Assembly (NCBI GenBank): GCA_028698585.1
Contig: JAQVWG010000003.1
Coordinates: 3,518 to 67,517 of the forward strand
Source: Clostridia bacterium
Lineage (GTDB): Bacteria > Bacillota > Clostridia > Christensenellales > CAG-314
DNA: 64,000 bases
Direction: 5' to 3'
Positions within the stretch are counted from its first letter, which is position 1. The number at the start of each line of letters is the position of its first letter. The notes beneath the pieces are model-generated. The model saw nothing but the letters and a program-made list of their open reading frames with translations, had not been told where the DNA came from and ran no database searches. A program made the position numbers and the translations under genes. Below are positions 47,489 through 58,085 of this stretch, one piece after another.

Positions 47489-48772
47489 TTGGATATCTTA
47501 TACGACAAGCAAAAAATGGCACCATTGGCAGACAGAATGCGTCCTGTTGTGCTGAACGAGTTCATAGGTCAAGAGCACATTCTATCCAAGGGCTCGTTAT
47601 TATATCGTGCAATACAGAGTAATGGAGTGGGCAGTTGCATATTCTGGGGGCCTCCTGGAGTAGGCAAAACGACACTTGCTAATGTTATGGCCAACAGCAC
47701 TGACAGCCATTTCGAGAAACTCAACGCTGTACTCTCTGGTGTTAAGGACGCCAAAATGATAATCGAACAAGCGATAGAGCGATTCGAGAGGACAGGCAAG
47801 CGTACATATCTGCTACTTGATGAGTGCCACAGGTGGAACAAGGCACAGAGCGACTGTGTTCTACAAGCCATAGAGAAGGGTTATATCATTTTTATCGGCA
47901 GTACCACCGAGAATCCCTACGTCGCCATGACACCTGCTATTGTGTCAAGGTGCAGAGTATTCGAGTTCAAGCCACTATCTGTAGATAACGTTAGAACGGG
48001 CATACTTAGAGCAATTAACAGCCCCAAGGGGTTAGCACCATATAACGTCAGCATAGATGATGATGCTGTAGATGTATTCGTAGACATAGCCTCAGGAGAC
48101 ATACGCAGTGGGTATAATGCACTAGAGTTTGCAACATTGACTACGCCACCACAACAAGACGGCGTAATACATATCACTAAACAGATTGCGCTGGACAGTA
48201 GCCAAAGGAAAGCGTTATCTGTAGATAAGAACACCTATTATGATATGATTAGCGCATTTATCAAGAGTATGCGTGGCAGTGACGCCAATGCAGCGTCCTT
48301 CTGGTTTATGCGATTGCTTAATGCTGGCGTAGACCCGTTATTGCTTGCTCGCCGTATAGTAATACATGCTAGCGAAGACGTAGGACTCGCCGATAGTAAT
48401 GCGCTGGTTGTGGCTACCTCGGCACTGACTGCCTTTACTCACCTAGGTCTGCCTGAGGGCAGAATACCACTTATGCATGCCATATTGTATATATGTAACG
48501 CGCCAAAGTCCAATTCAGTAGTTGACACAATTGCGGGCGCTGAGGAGGATGCACTTAATAATCCCAAGGCTAAGGTGCCCGATTACCTATGCAGTAGCAG
48601 TTATCCACACAGTAATGGAGTTAAGTTGGGTAGCGGTTACAAGTATCCCCACGAGTATGAGGGTGGGTGGGTACAACAACAGTATTTACCAGACGAACTG
48701 AAGGATAAGGTCTATTACAACCCTAAACACATAGGTGATGACAATGGATTCAAGGGTAATCAACAAGGGTAA
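47489..48772 (+). CDS. rarA: Replication-associated recombination protein A (RarA/MgsA AAA+ ATPase)
   Basis: PLADRMRP..L.EFIGQEHIL, Walker A GPPGVGKTT, Walker B LLLDECHRWNK, then the MgsA C-terminal region. I prefer the TTG at 47489 (AGGAGA 8 nt upstream); ATG 47516 is the alternative. The ORF-track start at 47405 adds an implausible hydrophobic leader. Confidence 0.85.
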   Translation: MDILYDKQKMAPLADRMRPVVLNEFIGQEHILSKGSLLYRAIQSNGVGSCIFWGPPGVGKTTLANVMANSTDSHFEKLNAVLSGVKDAKMIIEQAIERFERTGKRTYLLLDECHRWNKAQSDCVLQAIEKGYIIFIGSTTENPYVAMTPAIVSRCRVFEFKPLSVDNVRTGILRAINSPKGLAPYNVSIDDDAVDVFVDIASGDIRSGYNALEFATLTTPPQQDGVIHITKQIALDSSQRKALSVDKNTYYDMISAFIKSMRGSDANAASFWFMRLLNAGVDPLLLARRIVIHASEDVGLADSNALVVATSALTAFTHLGLPEGRIPLMHAILYICNAPKSNSVVDTIAGAEEDALNNPKAKVPDYLCSSSYPHSNGVKLGSGYKYPHEYEGGWVQQQYLPDELKDKVYYNPKHIGDDNGFKGNQQG

Positions 48773-48902
48773 TGTTGGATTACTTGCACACACAATCACC
48801 GTTAAATATCGCCATAATTAGCTGTTGTCTTATGTATAAGCGGACACATGGAACATGCCGATTAGATAATAGACTATATAAATGAACATAGAGGATTTAA
48901 TT

Positions 48903-49655
48903 ATGTTACAGATAACTAATTTAAGCAAAACTTATACAAAATCTAACACTAAAGCAGTAGATAACTTAGACCTCCACGTCAACAGGGGAGAGATTTTCGG
49001 ATTCTTGGGGCCTAATGGCGCCGGTAAATCTACGACAATCAAAATGATTGCCGGTATACTCAACATAGACAGTGGCAGTATTATGGTCAATGGTGTCGAC
49101 GTCGTCAGTAATCCACTTCTCGCTAAACGACAGATAGGTTATGTGTCGGATAACCACAATACGTTCGACAGATTGACAGGACTAGAGTATCTGCGTTTTA
49201 TGGGGGAGATGTATGACGTAGAGCAGAGAGTTCTTAATGAGCGTATAGATAAGTACTTGACTATGTTCAACTTGACCGAAGTTAAGGGTGACAGAATCAA
49301 GACATACTCTCACGGCATGCAACAGAAGATAGTTATTATCGGCGCGTTGATACATGACCCATTGCTGTGGATACTAGATGAGCCGTTGACCGGGTTAGAC
49401 CCAGCATCAGCATATCAACTCAAGCAACTGATGAAAGAGCGTACTAAAGAAGGTTGTACAGTATTCTTTTCCTCTCACGTAATCGAAGTCGTAGAGAAAC
49501 TATGCGACCGTATAGCCATTATTAATAAGGGCAGAATAGTAGCCGTTGACACTCTAGATAATATCAGAGCAGATAGCTCTATCTCTCTAGAAGACGTATT
49601 CTTGCAGGCAACTCGTAACTCTGGCGATAATGCTAAGGATGTATATGGTGAATAG
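48903..49655 (+). CDS. ABC transporter ATP-binding protein
   Basis: Walker A GPNGAGKST, signature YSHGMQQK, Walker B LWILDEP. Start placed at 48903 (MLQITNLSK, AGAGGA RBS). Confidence 0.9.
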   Translation: MLQITNLSKTYTKSNTKAVDNLDLHVNRGEIFGFLGPNGAGKSTTIKMIAGILNIDSGSIMVNGVDVVSNPLLAKRQIGYVSDNHNTFDRLTGLEYLRFMGEMYDVEQRVLNERIDKYLTMFNLTEVKGDRIKTYSHGMQQKIVIIGALIHDPLLWILDEPLTGLDPASAYQLKQLMKERTKEGCTVFFSSHVIEVVEKLCDRIAIINKGRIVAVDTLDNIRADSSISLEDVFLQATRNSGDNAKDVYGE

Positions 49656-49670
49656 TGGGGTAATTATGGT

Positions 49671-51338
49671 ATGTCAAAAATATTAACATTAGTAAAGACT
49701 TATCTCCTACAGCGTTACAGACTAGATAGAAACACTGGTAAGAAGGGTAAAATAATTGCCCTTACAGTAGGATTAACTGTGGGAATATTGCCAATGGCAG
49801 TGTTTATGTTTATTCTCATATTCAGTATGGGTAAGGTAGCACGCTATTTGAACATAACTACACAGATATTGACGCTCAATATATTAGCAATGCAGGCTAT
49901 AGTATTCTTCTTCGGAATAGCGTCACTACTTAATACCATATATCTGGCCAAGGACACTTCCATATTATTGCCCTTACCCCTGCGTCCAACACAAATATTC
50001 GTTAGTAAACTCATATATGTGTACCTAACCGAAACACTAGCAAGCATTGCCTTAGCAATAGTTATGTTACTGCCATTCGGAATAGGTGCTAATATGGCAT
50101 GGTGGTATTATCCACAAATGTTGTTGGTAATATTGATACTGCCCATGTTACCTTTACTGATTGCCAGCATAGTTGCTATACCGCTTATGTGGTTCGTGTC
50201 CTTCTTTAAGAACAAGGGCGTTATCACCACATTAGTATATCTGCTCATATTCAGCATGGCATTATTGGGCTACTATTACCTTATCTCTCGCCTTAATAAC
50301 GTGCCTGAGGATGGCGGGGGTTTCGAACACATGCTAGGCGAACTGCTAGAGAGATTATCTAGAACTGCCAAATTGATATATCCAGACTACTTGCTGGCGA
50401 CATCTCTAACTGCCACCACGATATGGCAATATCTAATGGGATTGTTCGGTAGCTTAGTAATCAATGTAGTGCTACTATGTGGGTCGGTTGGTGTATCTTC
50501 GCTAGTGTATAGGAAGAGCGTGAGTGGTCAACTGGAGATATCCAAGGGCTCAACCAAGCGTGATAGTGGTAACTATGTTAAGAGGGGGAGAGTTTTTTCA
50601 CTTATTGCAACGGACATTAAACAAATAATGGGAGATACAGCAATGGGTACTAGTTGCTGTATGTGTGTGGTGCTCGCTCCGTTAATGGCAATAGTGTTGC
50701 CTGTAGTGTATAATATGGATATGTCTATGTTCGTCGATGTGCCTCATACATTGATTGAGATTGGTGCGTCCGTTGTTATTATGTCCATATTCTCATTTAT
50801 GACCTTATCGACCAATATGGTTGCTACTAGTTCATTTACTAGAGAGGCGCAAGGGTTGTTTATATATAAGACAATGCCTATTGACGCTCGTACAATAGTT
50901 AAGTCCAAGGTGCTGATTGCAGTTGTTTTTTCCTTCCTTGCCAGTGCGCTATCTGTTATACCTATCGGCATAACATTCAAGGTGTCTATCGCATATCTAC
51001 TGCCGACTATAGCAGTAACGTGGCTATACTTGTTGGGTGCGATATACTTGCAAGTACGAATTGATTTAGCTAAACCTAGGCTAGTGTGGAATACTTTTAA
51101 CGAGGGCGCCAAAAACAATCCGTCAGCATTATGGTCGATGCTTTTCGGATTCATCACGTTATTTCTCGTTGCAGGTATCGGGGCATTGTTTGCCTACCTA
51201 TGGTATATCATCAATAGCGTGTGGCTGATAATTGTTATGTATGCACTACTGGCAGTAATCGGCATAGTATATACGTTGCTTGCACGCAGGTCGCTATACA
51301 ATAATTGTGATAAACTATATTCTCGATTGGAGGGTTAA
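49671..51338 (+). CDS. ABC exporter permease-like polytopic membrane protein
   Basis: 555 aa with at least 10 hydrophobic segments, immediately downstream of the ATPase. Confidence 0.65.
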   Translation: MSKILTLVKTYLLQRYRLDRNTGKKGKIIALTVGLTVGILPMAVFMFILIFSMGKVARYLNITTQILTLNILAMQAIVFFFGIASLLNTIYLAKDTSILLPLPLRPTQIFVSKLIYVYLTETLASIALAIVMLLPFGIGANMAWWYYPQMLLVILILPMLPLLIASIVAIPLMWFVSFFKNKGVITTLVYLLIFSMALLGYYYLISRLNNVPEDGGGFEHMLGELLERLSRTAKLIYPDYLLATSLTATTIWQYLMGLFGSLVINVVLLCGSVGVSSLVYRKSVSGQLEISKGSTKRDSGNYVKRGRVFSLIATDIKQIMGDTAMGTSCCMCVVLAPLMAIVLPVVYNMDMSMFVDVPHTLIEIGASVVIMSIFSFMTLSTNMVATSSFTREAQGLFIYKTMPIDARTIVKSKVLIAVVFSFLASALSVIPIGITFKVSIAYLLPTIAVTWLYLLGAIYLQVRIDLAKPRLVWNTFNEGAKNNPSALWSMLFGFITLFLVAGIGALFAYLWYIINSVWLIIVMYALLAVIGIVYTLLARRSLYNNCDKLYSRLEG

Positions 51339-51340
51339 AT

Positions 51341-52552
51341 ATGGAAAATGTGTTAGATGTGTTCAAACAAAGGGGTCTGCTCAAACAGACAGTGTACGAA
51401 GACGAGTTATATGAAAAACTGGGTAAAGAAAGTGTTACCTTCTATATAGGATTCGACCCAACTGCCGACAGCCTGCATATTGGACATTTCGTGCAGTTCA
51501 TGGTTATTAAACAAATGCTCAAATACGGCCATAAGGCTATCATTCTATTGGGTGGTGGCACAGGAATGGTCGGTGACCCGACAGACAAGACGCAGATGCG
51601 TGAGTTAATGACCACTGACGTTATTGATGATAATTGCAGACATTTCGTCAAGCAGATGAGTAAATACCTAGATTTTAATGACACCAACTGTCGCATAGTC
51701 AATAATGCTGACTGGTTGAGGGACCTCAACTACATTTCGTTCTTGAGAGAGATAGGTGTGTACTTCAGCGTTAACAAAATGCTCACGGCTGAATGTTATC
51801 GCAGCAGAATGGAAAAAGGTCTATCATTCCTCGAACTCAACTATATGTTAATGCAAGCATACGACTTCTTAATGCTCAACAGACTGTACGGCTGTCAGGT
51901 AGAACTAGGTGGCGATGACCAGTGGAGCAACATCTTAGCAGGCGCAGATTTAATCAGGAGAAAGGAACAGAAGCCGGCATACGCAATGACATTCGCCCTA
52001 TTAGAGAACAAGGAGGGCAAGAAAATGGGTAAGACCAGCAGTGGCGCTATATGGCTGGACGAGAACAAGACAACGCCTTACGAGTTCTATCAATACTGGC
52101 GCAACATTGACGATGCAGATGTCGCCAAGACATTCAAGGTGCTAACTTTCCTACCCGTTGAAGAGATAGAAGAGTTGACCAAGTATAATGACGAGAGGAT
52201 GAATATGGCAAAAGTTCGCCTCGCATACGAGATCACCAAGATTATTCATGGTGAGTCAAAAGCGCAGTTGGCTAAACAACAGGCAGAGGCGGCATTTAAT
52301 GGTGCAACGGAGAATATGCAGAGTATCACACTTAGCGCACAGACAGTTCACAATGTAATAGATGTGTTAATTGCTTCTAAGTTCGCGCTGTCTAAGGGAG
52401 AGGCTAAACGGTTAATTGAGGGTGGTGGTGTATCTATTGACGACCATAAGATAACACAGTTTGACCAGCCTATACCACAATGTGCGCTTGATAAGGGCGA
52501 GTTCGTTATTCATAAGGGCAAGAAGAATCATCTCAAGATAGTATTAGAGTAA
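51341..52552 (+). CDS. tyrS: Tyrosyl-tRNA synthetase
   Basis: 403 aa. HIGH motif (SLHIGHF), KMSKS variant (KMGKTS), GGDDQW, and a C-terminal S4-like domain. Confidence 0.93.
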   Translation: MENVLDVFKQRGLLKQTVYEDELYEKLGKESVTFYIGFDPTADSLHIGHFVQFMVIKQMLKYGHKAIILLGGGTGMVGDPTDKTQMRELMTTDVIDDNCRHFVKQMSKYLDFNDTNCRIVNNADWLRDLNYISFLREIGVYFSVNKMLTAECYRSRMEKGLSFLELNYMLMQAYDFLMLNRLYGCQVELGGDDQWSNILAGADLIRRKEQKPAYAMTFALLENKEGKKMGKTSSGAIWLDENKTTPYEFYQYWRNIDDADVAKTFKVLTFLPVEEIEELTKYNDERMNMAKVRLAYEITKIIHGESKAQLAKQQAEAAFNGATENMQSITLSAQTVHNVIDVLIASKFALSKGEAKRLIEGGGVSIDDHKITQFDQPIPQCALDKGEFVIHKGKKNHLKIVLE

Positions 52553-52646
52553 CTCTGCTAAGCAGAATAATTATGTGGTAATTAGCAACGCAGTGACACA
52601 TCAATCTGTATCAATTGCAGTAATATGATTGACTGTCAATAGAGTC

Positions 52647-52905
52647 TAAGTAGTACAGGGCTATAATGGACAAAACCATAGGTTATACAACTATATCTAA
52701 TATCAATAAGTATCAACTGCAATGATTGTAATTGAAAGTAATCTGAGTTCAAGCAGTAGCAGGGCTATAATGGACAAAACCATAGGTTATACAACTATAT
52801 CTAATATCAATAAGTATCAACTGCAATGATTGTAATTGAATGTAATCTGAGTTCAAGCAGTAGCAGGGCTATAATGGACAAAACCATAGGTTATACAACT
52901 ATATC
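52647..52905 (+). repeat. Tandem array of about 2.5 copies of a 104-bp unit containing the yigZ start codon and first 10-11 codons
   Basis: ATGGACAAAACCATAGGTTATACAACTATATC occurs at 52666, 52770 and 52874. Only the last copy continues into the gene. Confidence 0.95.
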
Positions 52906-53509
52906 AAGCGAGATAATAAGCGAGGAGTTTGTGATAAACAAATCTCGCTTTATTGGTTATGCCAAGGGAATAACGGATATAGACGATGCCAAGTGGTTCA
53001 TTAAACAGATTAGTAAGAAGCATTATGACGCTACCCATAACTGCTACGCTTATTTATTGGACACATACGCTAAATACGGTGATGACGGTGAGCCACAGGG
53101 AACGGCTGGATTACCCATACTTGACTGTATCAAGAAGAATGAATTGACCAATGTATGCGTAGTCGTTACTAGATATTACGGCGGTGTTAAACTGGGTGCA
53201 GGCGGACTTGTCCGAGCATACTCTCAGGGCGCTTCGACAGTACTTGCCAGTGCTAAACTACTCAATTATTACCCTTGTGCATTGATTGAGATACAGTTAT
53301 CTTATGACAACTATCAGCCCGTTCTCAACTATTTACCTAAAGTAGCCGATTATGCAATAGTTAAGAGCGTGGATTATGCAGACAGCGTGTGCGTTAGATG
53401 TGCCGTCAAAGTAGATAAAGTGCAACAGCTAGAGCAGACTATATCTAATTACAGTAATGGTAAGGCCATTTGGCAGATAACCGACTATACATACCAGTTA
53501 TACAACTGA
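52874..53509 (+). CDS. yigZ: IMPACT/YigZ family protein
   Basis: INKSRFIGYA and THNCYAYLL..DDGEPQGTAG.P are family hallmarks. Start placed at 52874. The ORF-track start at 52826 lies inside the repeat and has no RBS. Confidence 0.85.
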   Translation: MDKTIGYTTISSEIISEEFVINKSRFIGYAKGITDIDDAKWFIKQISKKHYDATHNCYAYLLDTYAKYGDDGEPQGTAGLPILDCIKKNELTNVCVVVTRYYGGVKLGAGGLVRAYSQGASTVLASAKLLNYYPCALIEIQLSYDNYQPVLNYLPKVADYAIVKSVDYADSVCVRCAVKVDKVQQLEQTISNYSNGKAIWQITDYTYQLYN

Positions 53510-53595
53510 ATACTATAATTGATTACTGAGAACATATTAACAGACAATTGATAATGCCTGTATAACCTAGCAGGTGCAGGTATAATAGGTACACA

Positions 53596-54219
53596 ATGGG
53601 AACGATTACGGCAATTCGACCGACATACAGACATAAGGATAGAGTAGACTTATACGTAGATGACAACTATTGTTGCAGTCTAACTGCATTTTCGGTTGCC
53701 AAGGCAAGGCTGGTTGTGGGCAAATGTATTGAACAGAGCGATATTGACGACATTATGCGCACCAGTGAGAATGAGATAGCATTCGACAAGGCGTTATCGT
53801 ATATCAGCCGTTCTGTGCGGACAGTCAAGCAGATGAGGGATTACCTAACACAGAAGGCATTCGCTGAGTCAGTCATTGAGGATACTATTAATAAACTCAT
53901 TTACTATAAGTATCTAGATGATACTGCCTACGCTAGTATGTATACTGCATATGCCAGCGGTAACAAGGGTGCGAGGGCTATCGCATATGAACTGAAGAAC
54001 AAGGGAGTAGATTCACAGATAATCGAACTGGCGTTAACGCAACTAGATGAGGACAAAATGTATAACACATGCTATGAACTTGCCCTCAAGTACACTCGCA
54101 GTAAATTGCTCGATGACAAGACTATCAATAATCTTATGCGTTACCTAATGAGCCGTGGGTATGAGTACAGCACTGTCAGTAGCGTGGTTGCGAAAATTAA
54201 GTCAGGCACAGATAGTTAA
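53596..54219 (+). CDS. recX: Recombination regulator RecX
   Basis: 207 aa. N-terminus ..R.R..LY.DD...L and three-helix repeat architecture (..ALSYISRS.RT..QMRDYL..KGF..). Confidence 0.75.
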   Translation: MGTITAIRPTYRHKDRVDLYVDDNYCCSLTAFSVAKARLVVGKCIEQSDIDDIMRTSENEIAFDKALSYISRSVRTVKQMRDYLTQKAFAESVIEDTINKLIYYKYLDDTAYASMYTAYASGNKGARAIAYELKNKGVDSQIIELALTQLDEDKMYNTCYELALKYTRSKLLDDKTINNLMRYLMSRGYEYSTVSSVVAKIKSGTDS

Positions 54220-54469
54220 GAGTTACTGTTAAACACTAGTATATACTGCCTATATATCTGTATCATATCCATAGCGTGTTTTCTGCTTAAACCAGAAAGG
54301 GCATAAATCTAATGTAGTACATAGGACTAATAATTTACCACTAATGCCAATCTATGCTGTAATGCCTTGCATTAACTGTAGACTTAGCAGATTATTCGTT
54401 CATTATTATGTAATAGCAATCCCGTGGTCATTATATATACATTTACATACATAGGCAATACAACTTACA

Positions 54470-55498
54470 GTGTCAGTGATAAGATTGGCACATATTAACA
54501 ACACAAGCATTATGATAAAGAACAAGCAAGTAATGAGCAATATCACCTTAATATTTGCCGCCTTCATATGGGGGACGGCATTTGTTGCGCAGAGCAAAGG
54601 AATGGATTATGTCGGACCTTTAACATTCTTGGCTGTGCGCGCATCTATCGGTGCGGCTGTATTGATACCGGTAATTCTCATCAATGACAGGTTGAGTGGT
54701 AAGCAGTTATCCGTGTTCGGTAGCAAGGACAAGTTGACTATCAAGACGCTTGTGATAGGTGGCCTGTGCGCAGGAGTTGCACTGTTCGGTGGCTCAAGTT
54801 TACAACAGATAGGCATAAGTATGGGTGTGTCTATAGGTAAAGCAGGCTTCATTACCTCACTATATATGGTGTTCGTGCCTGTTTTCGGCATGGTGGTGGG
54901 CAAAAGAACATCTTTTAACCAATGGATTGCAGTTGCTATTGCACTAGTTGGTATGTATCTGTTATCCGTAAATAGTCAATTCACTATATCTATCGGCGAG
55001 TTGACCATGCTAGGCAGTGCTGTCATTTACGCTATACATATACTTACCCTAGACTACTTGAGCAAGCGTGTGGAATGCATAAGGCTGTCCTGTATTCAAT
55101 GGCTGGTAACGGCAATTATCTCCACAATAGGGATGTTTATATTCGAGCAACCGAATATTCAACACATCAACGACGCAATATGGTCCATTCTCTATCTAGG
55201 CGTGCTCTCTAGTGGTGTTGCATTTACACTACAAGTTATAGCACAGAAGAATCTCAATCCAACAGTAGCAACGCTCATTATGTGTCTAGAATCTGTGTTC
55301 GCACTTCTGTCGGGCTACTTAATACTGCACGAGATATTACTACCCAAGGAATTGTTAGGTTGTGCATTAGTGCTGGTATCTGTGGTACTTGCTCAACTGC
55401 CTATTACTTACTGGATATCTCGGCGCAGAATAAGAGTTATCAATAATACTAATGTTAAGCGAGATAGTAGTAATCCAGACAACGATACAGATAAATAA
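54470..55498 (+). CDS. EamA/DMT-family transporter
   Basis: 10 hydrophobic segments forming two EamA-like halves. Start is uncertain (GTG 54470, ATG 54512 or ATG 54533). Confidence 0.8.
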   Translation: MSVIRLAHINNTSIMIKNKQVMSNITLIFAAFIWGTAFVAQSKGMDYVGPLTFLAVRASIGAAVLIPVILINDRLSGKQLSVFGSKDKLTIKTLVIGGLCAGVALFGGSSLQQIGISMGVSIGKAGFITSLYMVFVPVFGMVVGKRTSFNQWIAVAIALVGMYLLSVNSQFTISIGELTMLGSAVIYAIHILTLDYLSKRVECIRLSCIQWLVTAIISTIGMFIFEQPNIQHINDAIWSILYLGVLSSGVAFTLQVIAQKNLNPTVATLIMCLESVFALLSGYLILHEILLPKELLGCALVLVSVVLAQLPITYWISRRRIRVINNTNVKRDSSNPDNDTDK

Positions 55499-55775
55499 TA
55501 ACGTAGTATTATTAAGCGCGTTAACACTTAACACCATTACTCGATAGTAGTAGATAATCCTATAGATAGCGTCCTGCGTGACAGTATCTATAGAGGCAAC
55601 ATGATAATGGCAACTATTAATACAGTAACACCGACTGAGTTAATGCTCAACTAACCAAAGAAATACCGATTAATAACGATAAGGTATCATAAACAAAGTG
55701 AATTACTACTGACACATATCTTGGATAGAGTTACATAAGATTGAATCAGAGCCATTGCGATATAACTGATTAATA

Positions 55776-55808
55776 CATAAGGCTGTGTTTAATGAACACA
55801 GCCTTATG
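55776..55808. terminator. Bidirectional terminator hairpin (14-bp perfect stem cataaggctgtgtt/aacacagccttatg)
   Basis: Read from the sequence, between convergent genes 54470..55498 (+) and 55910..56767 (-). Confidence 0.8.
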
Positions 55809-55909
55809 TATTGAATTGAGGTCAATACTATATAGATTCATCGCTAATTATATATCAGTTACTGAATGTTATCATAGACAATGTAAACAAGCGATAACTT
55901 CACTAATTA

Positions 55910-56767
55910 TTACATGTAAATGATCGCAATACCGACCAGCATGCCGACAAGTGCTGCTACTGCGGGCATTTTGCTTCGCCATATTAGTATGGATTCCGGC
56001 AATAATTCTCCCAGTACCACATACAACATAGCGCCCCCTGCGAAAGATAGTGACAATGCTAGCCATATAGGATTGATTAATCCCAGCGTATATCCAATGA
56101 GTGCGCCGATAACTGTTGGTGCGCCACATAGAGCAGTAACCACAACTGCCTTAACTCTATTCATGCCACCTGCTACTAATGGTACGCATACAGCCATACC
56201 CTCGGGTATATTATGTAGACCTATGACTATTGCCAGTGATAATCCCGATGAGGACAATATACCTTGTGCACTATCACTAGCGAGAACTGCGCCGATTGCC
56301 ATGCCCTCTGGCATATTATGCAGTGCGATTGCTGACGCCATGACTACTCCGGCTATGAATAGGTGAGAGGGCTTGGATTTAACTGCCTTGTGCTTGTGCA
56401 AGTGGTCGGCATGTATCAATTCATCTAGGTCATCTGCAGTTTTTGGGTGATTGGCATCTATATGTTCTACTTCTTTATTGCTGTGATAGTCAATCATATA
56501 ATTGAGTAGATATATAACGAAGAATCCAACAACAGTCCCGAGTATTACCATCAATATACTGGATACTTGTGAGGAAACTAAATTGATTGCCTCTACAATT
56601 AAGTCGAAACATACTATAGCAAGCATTACTCCACTTGCGAATGCCAGTAGCAAACTGACGATAAACTTACTGTCTTTTTTTACGAATATACTAACTACGC
56701 CGCCCAGTCCCGTTCCTACTATGCCTGCTATTGCAGTTAATATGATAACCCACGCGATAGTGCTCAT
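55910..56767 (-). CDS. zupT: ZIP-family divalent metal transporter (ZupT-like)
   Basis: 285 aa with duplicated HN.PEG motifs (LHNMPEGMAIG, LHNIPEGMAV) and a His-rich cytoplasmic loop. Confidence 0.85.
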   Translation of the reverse strand: MSTIAWVIILTAIAGIVGTGLGGVVSIFVKKDSKFIVSLLLAFASGVMLAIVCFDLIVEAINLVSSQVSSILMVILGTVVGFFVIYLLNYMIDYHSNKEVEHIDANHPKTADDLDELIHADHLHKHKAVKSKPSHLFIAGVVMASAIALHNMPEGMAIGAVLASDSAQGILSSSGLSLAIVIGLHNIPEGMAVCVPLVAGGMNRVKAVVVTALCGAPTVIGALIGYTLGLINPIWLALSLSFAGGAMLYVVLGELLPESILIWRSKMPAVAALVGMLVGIAIIYM

Positions 56768-56837
56768 TGTGCCTCCTATAGATGATTGTTATGTGCATAC
56801 CTATAACTAATAATATTATGGTTATGCAATTTTAGTC

Positions 56838-57086
56838 AACTATTTTTACACGCACGCGAGTTAAACAATGCGAACACATACCATAACACGCCATATCGAG
56901 CGCACAGAATGCCCTCTATTTACTATCGAAGCATGCACACAAACTAACGCATATAGATTGGTTAACAGTTATCATAACTCAATCATATTTGAGAATGAAT
57001 TATGATATAGAGAATGGGTTAACTATTTTTGCATGCACGAGAATTAAACAATGCGAACACATACCATAACACGCCATATCGAGCGC
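56838..57086. repeat. Two copies of a 66-bp unit (56838-56903 and 57021-57086; period 183 bp)
   Basis: The 43-bp core aaacaatgcgaacacataccataacacgccatatcgagcgc is identical in both copies and the 5' part is diverged. Lies in the spacer upstream of zupT and downstream of mazF. Confidence 0.9.
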
Positions 57087-57281
57087 TCCAAGATGTCTTA
57101 AATAATCCTGTGTTGACAACTTATATTATTACACGGTCTATTGAGCGAATACAATTATAATAAACACAAAATTGATTGAGATAAACTAAACTACCAATTA
57201 CAACGACTGTCCAGTCATAAATATTTACATTACTGCTAAATTACGTACATTAAATAACGCTATTATGTTATAACACATGTC

Positions 57282-57629
57282 TTAATTTAATACTCCCAGT
57301 GACAGTAATAGTGCCCTGTCCACCTTAGTCATAGTATCTGTGGGTAATACACCTATTTTTTCCTTAAGCCTACTCTTGTCTAGCGTTCGTATCTGTTCTA
57401 ATAATAATATGGAGTTCTTGGGCAGAGGACTGGACTGCGTGTCTAGTGGAATGTGGGTTGGTAAACGCGCTTTTTCTAGTTTACTGGTGGTCGCAGATAC
57501 TATGACTGTTGGTGAGTATTTGTTGCCGATGTCATTCTGTAACACCAATACAGGTCTAAGCCCACCCTGTTCGCTCCCCACAACAGGGCTTAAATCAGCA
57601 TAATAAAGTTCTCCTCTTCGAATATCCAT
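57282..57629 (-). CDS. mazF: MazF/PemK-family endoribonuclease toxin (EndoA-like)
   Basis: 115 aa. [36 protein letters not shown]...TS closely matches the MazF/EndoA N-terminal signature. Confidence 0.9.
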   Translation of the reverse strand: MDIRRGELYYADLSPVVGSEQGGLRPVLVLQNDIGNKYSPTVIVSATTSKLEKARLPTHIPLDTQSSPLPKNSILLLEQIRTLDKSRLKEKIGVLPTDTMTKVDRALLLSLGVLN

Positions 57630-58085
57630 ATATAATACCTTCTGTCCCCACTATTATGGTATTCTCACAAGACTGATTTGTGATTATGTAGGGACAACAC
57701 AATTATTACCAGCAAGGCACTAATCTATACTGTAACGCAAGCGATTGTCTATATTAGGTATCGCACCAATTAGCGTTATCTATCTCTTAGACAGAATGAA
57801 TTAACGTGTATAGGAGTAGATATTAGCGTTACTATAGTTAACAGAGATTACCGAATAGTAGCATTGTCAGTAAATTGAATTAGGGGAGTATATATGCAAT
57901 TAATTGTTGCGACATTAAAGTAATAGAGACATAGATATAAGCGATTAGAAGTACCACTAGGAGGTAACTAAGTTAACAATAGTGGTATATGTAAATAATT
58001 AATTACGGTCAAAGAAATGCAATGATTATATATTATGTGTTGTCGTTATATGATTACAGACAATAACGGGCAAGGAGAGGAAAAT

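Noticed and set aside
48773-48902. T-box or other riboswitch leaders upstream of the ABC-tyrS operon, serC (34437-34759) and glpK (3674-4010).
   Set aside because: I could not find the conserved T-box sequence, a specifier-loop architecture or other riboswitch cores by eye. Only a covariance-model scan could settle this.
52826-52873. N-terminally extended ORF-track starts: 52826 yigZ, 47405 rarA, 33352 serA, 24112 capsid, 9718 lipoprotein, 48882 ABC ATPase, 37062 methyltransferase.
   Set aside because: The extensions lack an RBS, overlap upstream genes or repeats, or add implausible leaders. Internal starts with an RBS and family-typical N-termini were preferred. These remain predictions.
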